DNA of 51,179 nucleotides from Candidatus Saccharimonadota bacterium (GTDB lineage: Bacteria; Patescibacteriota; Saccharimonadia; Saccharimonadales; CAIOMD01). The translations under genes were made by a program, and so were the position numbers. Location: assembly GCA_031973215.1 (NCBI GenBank), contig DALYDK010000002.1, positions 10,097 through 61,275 on the forward strand, written 5' to 3'. The notes below the pieces were generated by a model that worked only from the letters and a program-made list of their open reading frames with translations, was not told the DNA's origin and did not search any database. Within the stretch, counting starts at the first letter, position 1. Every line of letters begins with the position of its first letter. Below are positions 1 through 6,395 of the stretch, one piece after another.

Positions 1-2
1 CA

Positions 3-629
3 ATGGTTATTATGCTTGCCGGAGGAGCTGGCTGGCTAGAATTTCTTAATAATTCGAACTCAGTAAGTGGGGGTAGCGTTGCCTTTGGCGGGGTTACTAT
101 TCTTGGATTATTTTTGCTTTTTGTTGGAATAGTTGTAGCAGTAATTTTAGCTCCTGCATCAACCGTAGTTCAGCTAGAAAGTACCAGGGGAAATAAAATA
201 GACTTTAAAACAACTTGGGAAAAATCATTAAAATTTATTGGTAGATATATACTTATTTATCTAATAATTGGCCTAGCAATTATTATGCCAATATTACTTT
301 CAATTCTACTTATGACAGTCTTAATTGGCTTCTTACTTCTTCCTTTGGCATTAATATTTGCATTCGTAGTTGGTTTCTTTACAATGCTAGCCCCTTACCT
401 ACTTATTGATAAAGACCTAAAAGCCAGTGAGGCAATTGAGCAAGGCTACAATTTAGCTAAAATTCATTGGCAATGGCTCTTGGCAGTAATAATTGTAGGC
501 ATGGTCGCCGGATTTGCTTCTTACATTATTAGCTGGGTGCCAATCTTAGGATTCTTTGTTCAGCTACTAATTAGCGTAGGCGTTCTGTTTGTTACTGCAC
601 TTGTTTACGTAAAGAAAATAGCAAAATAG
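3..629 (+). CDS. Multi-pass membrane protein of unknown function, probably 5'-truncated by the window edge
   Basis: ORF is almost entirely hydrophobic helices with one short polar loop; no catalytic motif recognised. Confidence 0.75.
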   Translation: MVIMLAGGAGWLEFLNNSNSVSGGSVAFGGVTILGLFLLFVGIVVAVILAPASTVVQLESTRGNKIDFKTTWEKSLKFIGRYILIYLIIGLAIIMPILLSILLMTVLIGFLLLPLALIFAFVVGFFTMLAPYLLIDKDLKASEAIEQGYNLAKIHWQWLLAVIIVGMVAGFASYIISWVPILGFFVQLLISVGVLFVTALVYVKKIAK

Positions 630-677
630 AAAATATTGTATTCAGTAGATTAACTAGCTCTACGTTCATCAGGAACA

Positions 678-1490
678 TCACACATTATGAGGAGTATAAA
701 CCGAGATATTCTCCTCATTTTTCATCGCTAGTCGTGCTAGCTGAATAGTTGTGTGACTTTTCATTGATATGCTTGATTCAAAAATTTCGGTAATATAGAT
801 CCCGCTGACAGCGGTCACACGACTGTTTAATTTATCAAAAATGTTGCCTGATATAAATAATTGATCGTCTGAAAGTTCTACAGTTTTCATATTAAGGTCA
901 GCAATTCGTTTTTTTAGTTCCAATGTATCCCAATATACCTTTTTATTTGGCATGCTATTTGTATCTATCCATTCGGTAGCAGCCCATGATTGAACTGATT
1001 CATAGAAAGCTTTTTCTGCGGCAGAACCTGAGTCTTTTGAGCACCCTCCGCCAAGAACTACATATGGATATTTGTTATCATTAAGCAATATGCTGCATGC
1101 AACGTAATAACCCGAACAGGCAGATTCTACAAAACCGATGTTTACAGAATAATTTTCAGGTATAGTTAAATTGTTCCTCATGAGCATAAGTTTTATCAGT
1201 TCGTTAGAAAGCTTTGCGACAAAAGACCTTTCACATGACCACCAAGCGGCTAAGGAGATTCTTTCAATTGCCTCGCACTTAGCATTTTCAATAGATAATT
1301 TTTTGCTTTCATGTGCCGCAGAAGCAAACACTGCTTTATCAATAACAAAATCCATCTCGGCTCTTTCCATAGCAACCCTTGTAACCAAATCGCTAATTTT
1401 TGTACCAGTGGAGCACGGCCTGAATCCGCTATTGATATCCATTCTAACTGTTTTGACTGCCTCAAATGGCGTATCGATTATTTCATACAT
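678..1490 (-). CDS. Miniature YcaO-family protein (about 270 aa; ORF track extends to 1547)
   Basis: YcaO-like glutamate motifs VAMERAE, SAAHES..NAKCEAIER and GGGCSKD..AAEKAFYESVQ; C-terminus TPHNV. The upstream in-frame ATG at 1547 lies inside a GC-rich hairpin, so ATG 1490 (MYEIID) is preferred. Confidence 0.7.
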   Translation of the reverse strand: MYEIIDTPFEAVKTVRMDINSGFRPCSTGTKISDLVTRVAMERAEMDFVIDKAVFASAAHESKKLSIENAKCEAIERISLAAWWSCERSFVAKLSNELIKLMLMRNNLTIPENYSVNIGFVESACSGYYVACSILLNDNKYPYVVLGGGCSKDSGSAAEKAFYESVQSWAATEWIDTNSMPNKKVYWDTLELKKRIADLNMKTVELSDDQLFISGNIFDKLNSRVTAVSGIYITEIFESSISMKSHTTIQLARLAMKNEENISVYTPHNV

Positions 1491-1511
1491 ATTTCTAGCC
1501 AAAGCATTTTT

Positions 1512-1549
1512 GCTTGGGTCGGGCGAAGACAACTTCACCCGACCCAAGC
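1512..1549 (-). other. Long GC-rich intergenic stem-loop (17 bp including one G-U, 4-nt loop)
   Basis: Minus strand GCTTGGGTCGGGTGAAG-TTGT-CTTCGCCCGACCCAAGC; followed by AAAAA rather than a U-tract. Confidence 0.8.
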
Positions 1550-1559
1550 TTTATGACCA

Positions 1560-2069
1560 CTAAGCGGTCATGAGGTTCGCGGGCGCGAACATCTGTGCGA
1601 ATTTAGCTTGCCACACAGTAGTCTTGATAAGACTATCTAGCGCTGCAACGAAGTTGCTCGTAAGGGCTGGATCTCGCCAAAGCGACTGCTGCAGCGAGTC
1701 GCCGACAACAAGTGCCTGTAAATCCATACGAGCCACCGAAACCTTATCAGCAGCTTCAGCGATCAGTTTCTGCTGTTCGCTAAAGTCTACTATAGGTTCA
1801 GAGATGTACGACCAAAGCGTCGCAACGGTGCCTATTCTGTTCTTGGCCTCAGAGAGAGCTTTCTCACTAGCGCCAAGGAACTGAATCGCTTCCGATAGAG
1901 CACCGTCACTAATTATCGAATCTTCAATGGCAATATTTGCATCGAAGAACTTGGCCGATCCATCAAACAATGCCCTGCAATAACTCGCAAGCTGTTTGGT
2001 GTATTCTTCGAGAAACTGGGCAGAGGCATTAGCCCCGCCGTTTCCGCCAGCACAATTGATTCCTCCCAT
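1560..2069 (-). CDS. Hypothetical 169-aa protein with Gly/Asn/Cys-rich N-terminus and predicted helical body
   Basis: Perfect SD GAGGAGGT (2077-2084) 7 nt before ATG 2069; begins MGGINCAGGNGGANASAQ; hand-counted 60-nt lines are 43-57% GC. Confidence 0.8.
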   Translation of the reverse strand: MGGINCAGGNGGANASAQFLEEYTKQLASYCRALFDGSAKFFDANIAIEDSIISDGALSEAIQFLGASEKALSEAKNRIGTVATLWSYISEPIVDFSEQQKLIAEAADKVSVARMDLQALVVGDSLQQSLWRDPALTSNFVAALDSLIKTTVWQAKFAQMFAPANLMTA

Positions 2070-2130
2070 GGTAATCACCTCCTCGGGAGAATGTAGTTAC
2101 GATAAGGGAAAGTCTCCCAAATCTAAATGA

Positions 2131-2159
2131 AGAATAAAACAAAGAATATATATTGTCAA
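2131..2159 (-). promoter_or_regulatory. Sigma70-type promoter for the 169-aa gene
   Basis: TTGACA (2159-2154), 17 nt, TATTCT (2136-2131). Confidence 0.6.
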
Positions 2160-2168
2160 TTATATAAT

Positions 2169-3782
2169 TCAGTCAGATATATCAATTGAATTAGTGACAC
2201 CAATATTATTGACAAAATCTCTATCATGAGACACTAGTAAAATACCTCCTGGATAATTTAATAAAGCATTTTCAAGAGCTTCTATAGCCGGTATATCTAG
2301 ATTGTTTGTTGGCTCATCGAGTATCAATAAACCACTATTTTGAGCTGATATACTAGCTAGCAGAATCTTGGCGCGCTCACCGCCACTCAAAGCTCTGGAT
2401 GGGATTGTACTAAGAATATCCTTTTTTAGGCCGAACTTAATTAATAGGTTTATTGCATCATGAAGTTCCAGTGATGGCGAAAGCTCCCGAAGATTAGCGA
2501 GAGCAGAACCATCAATAAGCGGTAAAGTCTGATTTTGATCAATATATACTGTGTTAGCTTGCCTGCTAAGATAAACATCACCCATGCTCATTTCGTTAAC
2601 GCCCAAAATTCCCCTTATAATTGATGTTTTGCCAGAACCATTTTTGCCCTTAAGTAGCACCCTTTCTCCGGAGCGAATAGAAAACGAGATGGGGCCGATT
2701 TTATGACAATCACCATAGTCGACCTCTAAATTAGAAACTGAAAGTAGATTAATTCTTTTTTCGATTTCATTGTTGAATCCAAATTTTAGTGAAACATCCT
2801 CTTCTGGACGTTCAGGTTCCTCAAGGTGATCAAGGCGGCTGCTGATACTAACTGCGGCACTCGCAAGGCCGTTAGCTGCTTTTTCTTTACGGAAATGTGA
2901 CGTAAGCTTGTCATTATCACTATATGAACTATTAGAACCTGCCGAATTAGCCTTTACTCTTGCTGCTCTAGATGCTTTTTGTAACCTTTTTTTTTCTTTT
3001 TCGAATTGTTCGTAACGCTTAAAAGTAGCTTGCTTGGCATTCTCTCTGGCTTCAATATATTCGTCATATCCAAGACCAAATTGCTTAACTCCTTGGTCGC
3101 CACCCATTAACTCAATTATCCTACTCGTTGCATTTCTTAAAAACCTTCGATCATGAGATACCATTAAAAAAGCTGCCTTGGAACCTTCTATGAATTTTTC
3201 GAGTACTACAACTCCGCTATCATCAAGATTGTTGGTAGGCTCATCAAGAAGAACAACATCATAGCGGGAGGCAAATACAGCAGCTAGCGCAATACGCGTA
3301 CGCTGACCGCCAGAAAATTTACCAATTTCCTTATCTGTATCTATCATAGCAATATCAGCTCTTTTAAGGGCTTTTTCAAGATTGGATTCGAATGATGCTA
3401 CTTCAAATTTATCATATCGCTCAAGTGCATCAGCGTATAAGAGAAGCGTCCGTTCACTCTCAAAATTTTCGAGACTGGCACATTGTCTATCGAACTGTTC
3501 TCTGACCTCTTTTACGCCTGTAACTTCTTCTATAAATCCATAAACAGTATGATCAAACCAAGCACGCATATCCTGAGGTAGCATTCCTATTTCTTCATTG
3601 GTACGTATAATATCTCCGGAAGTTGGCGTTATGTCGCCATTGATTAATTTTAATAGTGTGGTTTTTCCGGCACCATTCGGTCCAACAAGTCCAATTTTTT
3701 CTCCACTATTAATCGAAAAGGAGACATTGTTAATGATCTCCTTCCCGTTTTTCTCATAATTTACATTATTGAGACTTATCAT
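2169..3782 (-). CDS. ABC-F family ATPase (two NBDs, no membrane domain)
   Basis: Walker A GPNGAGKT and GKNGSGKT, signatures FSGGQ and LSGGE, Walker B LLDEPTNNLD and ILDEPTNNLD, long interdomain linker; start placed at MISLNNV (ORF track 3815). Confidence 0.92.
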   Translation of the reverse strand: MISLNNVNYEKNGKEIINNVSFSINSGEKIGLVGPNGAGKTTLLKLINGDITPTSGDIIRTNEEIGMLPQDMRAWFDHTVYGFIEEVTGVKEVREQFDRQCASLENFESERTLLLYADALERYDKFEVASFESNLEKALKRADIAMIDTDKEIGKFSGGQRTRIALAAVFASRYDVVLLDEPTNNLDDSGVVVLEKFIEGSKAAFLMVSHDRRFLRNATSRIIELMGGDQGVKQFGLGYDEYIEARENAKQATFKRYEQFEKEKKRLQKASRAARVKANSAGSNSSYSDNDKLTSHFRKEKAANGLASAAVSISSRLDHLEEPERPEEDVSLKFGFNNEIEKRINLLSVSNLEVDYGDCHKIGPISFSIRSGERVLLKGKNGSGKTSIIRGILGVNEMSMGDVYLSRQANTVYIDQNQTLPLIDGSALANLRELSPSLELHDAINLLIKFGLKKDILSTIPSRALSGGERAKILLASISAQNSGLLILDEPTNNLDIPAIEALENALLNYPGGILLVSHDRDFVNNIGVTNSIDISD

Positions 3783-3936
3783 ATTCACATATTCTATCTT
3801 CTTTGATCTGATCAAGCAACAGATAATGTTCAGATATAATTAGCGCTAAACTTTTAGCTAATAACACCGTTGAATCCATCTGTATGTAGTTATGCAAATA
3901 AAACGCAACAAGTTAACAGATCGATACAATAAATAT

Positions 3937-3972
3937 AACAAAAAGACCCTAAAAAATTAGGGTCTTTTTGTT
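3937..3972 (-). terminator. Intrinsic, probably bidirectional, terminator downstream of tRNA-Leu
   Basis: Perfect 16-bp inverted repeat aacaaaaagaccctaa-aaaa-ttagggtctttttgtt. Confidence 0.85.
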
Positions 3973-4057
3973 TGGTACGCGAGAGAGGACTTGAACCTCC
4001 ACGCCTTGCGGCACTAGCTCCTAAGGCTAGCGTGTCTACCAATTCCACCACTCGCGC
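3973..4057 (-). tRNA. trnL: tRNA-Leu(TAG)
   Basis: GCGCGAG/CTCGCGT acceptor stem, D-loop TGGTAGA, anticodon loop CTTAGGA, long variable arm, GGTTCAAGTCC T-arm, encoded CCA. Confidence 0.97.
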
Positions 4058-4077
4058 TTAAAATTGGTACGAAGAAC

Positions 4078-4106
4078 ATTGTACAGTCCGAGGCATTAAA
4101 TTTCAA
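4078..4106 (-). promoter_or_regulatory. Promoter of tRNA-Leu
   Basis: TTGAAA (4106-4101), 17 nt, TACAAT (4083-4078). Confidence 0.65.
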
Positions 4107-4923
4107 TAACTGCAGCCAAGCACGCTTGACCAATCTTTTTTCTCTTGTCTGCAAGCATTGCAGCCATTTCGAGCGTATTACTTCCCTCTTCAACTACACG
4201 TCTTATGTCTTCATAAACATTTTTATCACCCATTAGATCCGGCTTTACGGGTCCACTAAGCATAACCACCATATCACCCTCTTTTGCTTCAATTGGCGGA
4301 TGTGGTGCAATATCCACACCTTCTTCTCCCATAACTGGCATTAGAACATCTCCATCGTTATCGACATGTTCAACAAAAAGTGGTTCTATTTTTTCTTCAG
4401 CATAATCTTTAGGAACTTTAAAAGCCATGCCTTTACCGAGATTTGCTGAGACTATAAAATTTCTATGTTTTTCGCCGTCCTCAACTCGTCGAATTATTCT
4501 TACTAAAGCTGCCGAAGCAAGTGATTGAGTAATTTCTGCCGTTTGATTTTTCTGATAAATTACACTATGCGCTTGATCAATTTTTAATGATAAATTATCT
4601 ACAGCGTGAGGCAGCTCGCCTACTTCGTCTACATTGAGATATAAACCATGAGAAGATACGCTTTTAGCATGAGAAGCTGCCCAGGTGTTTTCCTCGTCCG
4701 TGTGATGAGCATGAAAAAGTCCATAGACCTCATCCCCGCCGGGTAAAGGTTTATGCAAAAATGAAATCTCATTATCTAGCGGGTTAGGACCATAAACGAC
4801 AACGGCATGCTTATCTTTTTTCTCGAAAATGCCTTCAATAGGCTGCTCTTCAGTCCAGCCGTTTTTTCTTACTTCGTGGGGCGTTAGGCCTTCTGCTAAT
4901 TTAAGTCCGCTAATTTCCTTCAA
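4096..4923 (-). CDS. Hypothetical protein, PP2C/SpoIIE-like fold with degenerate active site
   Basis: Ordered pattern YGLFHAHH / LASAALV / SANLGKGMAF / EGDMVVMLSGP / GQACLAAVIEI parallels PP2C motifs DGHGG / TT / NxGDSR / GDxxxLxSDG / DNxTxxxx. Confidence 0.5.
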   Translation of the reverse strand: MKEISGLKLAEGLTPHEVRKNGWTEEQPIEGIFEKKDKHAVVVYGPNPLDNEISFLHKPLPGGDEVYGLFHAHHTDEENTWAASHAKSVSSHGLYLNVDEVGELPHAVDNLSLKIDQAHSVIYQKNQTAEITQSLASAALVRIIRRVEDGEKHRNFIVSANLGKGMAFKVPKDYAEEKIEPLFVEHVDNDGDVLMPVMGEEGVDIAPHPPIEAKEGDMVVMLSGPVKPDLMGDKNVYEDIRRVVEEGSNTLEMAAMLADKRKKIGQACLAAVIEI

Positions 4924-4970
4924 TTAAAACTCCATTTTGTTTATTTACCAACGAGTTATTTTAATATAGT

Positions 4971-5513
4971 TTACGGTTTTTGTCTAGCTTGCTTAAGATA
5001 AATGGTAATACTGCCATCGGCATAAGACTTTTGTAATTTTTTTTCAAAATTTTCACTAATTTCAGCTAAATAATTTTTAGGCAAAGACAACACAAATATG
5101 CCACCATCTTTAATATTACGAGCCAACTTCATTAGATGATTCAAATTAATTGCATCATAAGGCGGGTCGGCAATTACAATGTCAAACTGAGTTTCAAAAT
5201 TGTGGTCGCTCCAACTAGCAATATTAGCCCGGGTAATTTTTGAATTTTTTATTTCAAGATTATTTATATTGTTCGATATTGCATTAAACGCATTTTTATC
5301 TTGATCTATAAACATTACAAAAGATGCGCCTCTTGAAAGTGCTTCAATCCCAACTGCTCCGCTCCCAGCGTATGCGTCTAGAACGGTTAAGCAGCTAATG
5401 TCACCAAGACTATTAAACAAAGCTCCCCTCATTCTTTCGCTCATAGGGTGAGTGCGATGTCCTTTAGGGCTACTAATTATGCGCCCTTTATATTGTCCGG
5501 ATATGATTCTCAT
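4971..5513 (-). CDS. rsmD: 16S rRNA m2G966 methyltransferase RsmD
   Basis: MRIISGQYKGR start, LDAYAGSGAVGIEALSRGA SAM motif, DPPY. Confidence 0.92.
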   Translation of the reverse strand: MRIISGQYKGRIISSPKGHRTHPMSERMRGALFNSLGDISCLTVLDAYAGSGAVGIEALSRGASFVMFIDQDKNAFNAISNNINNLEIKNSKITRANIASWSDHNFETQFDIVIADPPYDAINLNHLMKLARNIKDGGIFVLSLPKNYLAEISENFEKKLQKSYADGSITIYLKQARQKP

Positions 5514-5549
5514 TAGTATAGGGTAGACCTTTTATCTAGTGCGTTCAAG

Positions 5550-6371
5550 CTAGATTTCGGCGGTAGTAATTTTTGCTTCTTTGGCAGCCATAAACCAGGC
5601 AAGTGTAACAGACTTCGCCATTTTAGGTGCTAAGTCTAGCCGAACTGTTTTTGCTAATTTTGGCGTCCAGCCTCTTTTATAAAAATCATCGTACATATTT
5701 AGCAGGGCAACTTCGCGAGCGGTCCGCTTAAAGAATTCAATTAACCCTATTTGCTGAACTTTTTTTATTTCATATTTATTTGGCTCGGCTATTCTGTAAG
5801 TCATTGGAGCCATAATCATAGCTGCGCCCATCTCAAAAAGTGCATGAGTGGTAAACAGCCCTTTAACACCCCACATTTCCCAGTTTTTAGCAAATACATC
5901 TAGCGCCGAGGTTCCGGGAATAACAACTTTTTTAAAAATTGTGTCTCTTGTTTCTTTTCCCTCTCCGCGGAGCTTTTCTAGCTCTTCTTCATACGGAAAA
6001 TGATGTGCAGGCGTTAATCCGTCAACAATGGCATGCGCCAACCAGCTAGCTTCAAAAGCTGACCTTTCATGATTTTGCTCTTTTAGTGCATTAACTAATT
6101 TTTCGTAGTGAGCCATAATTTGATCTATAAGCTGACCGTCTTCTGGATCGAAGGGATCATAAAAATGCCACGGCGCATGTTCGCCGTCTAACTTGGCCTT
6201 AGCGCTATCCGGGCCATTTTTGCCTTCAAAATGCAAAATTAATTTTTTACCAGGGAAGTCTTTGTTGTTCACTAATAAATTTGAAAGAACCTTCCTGGAA
6301 GATTTATCAATTTTTTGGTGCGCACCAACAATATTGCCCGAGACATTCGTCAGGGTCGATCCTGAATACAT
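5550..6371 (-). CDS. Zinc-dependent phospholipase C / S1-P1 nuclease-fold protein, no signal peptide
   Basis: H18, D55 (GPD), H69 (WHFYDP), H113-xxx-D117, H123, H176-xxx-E180. Confidence 0.7.
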   Translation of the reverse strand: MYSGSTLTNVSGNIVGAHQKIDKSSRKVLSNLLVNNKDFPGKKLILHFEGKNGPDSAKAKLDGEHAPWHFYDPFDPEDGQLIDQIMAHYEKLVNALKEQNHERSAFEASWLAHAIVDGLTPAHHFPYEEELEKLRGEGKETRDTIFKKVVIPGTSALDVFAKNWEMWGVKGLFTTHALFEMGAAMIMAPMTYRIAEPNKYEIKKVQQIGLIEFFKRTAREVALLNMYDDFYKRGWTPKLAKTVRLDLAPKMAKSVTLAWFMAAKEAKITTAEI

Positions 6372-6395
6372 GTATTTTAAAATCCTAAGTAATTA

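Noticed and set aside
1491-1547. N-terminal extension MGRVKLSSPDPSKNALARN of YcaO
   Set aside because: It is read through the GC-rich hairpin and has no SD; probably not translated
1512-1562. Integron attC site at either long hairpin
   Set aside because: No RYYYAAC/GTTRRRY core boxes flank the hairpins and no integron integrase is present
1171-1884. Plus-strand ORFs 1171-1563, 1311-1556 and 1570-1884
   Set aside because: Antisense shadows of YcaO and the 169-aa gene; no RBS or motifs
630-3972. Integrated element at tRNA-Leu with attL/attR
   Set aside because: No duplicate of the tRNA 3' end was found near 630-680 and no integrase or transposase lies in the window; only the position is suggestive
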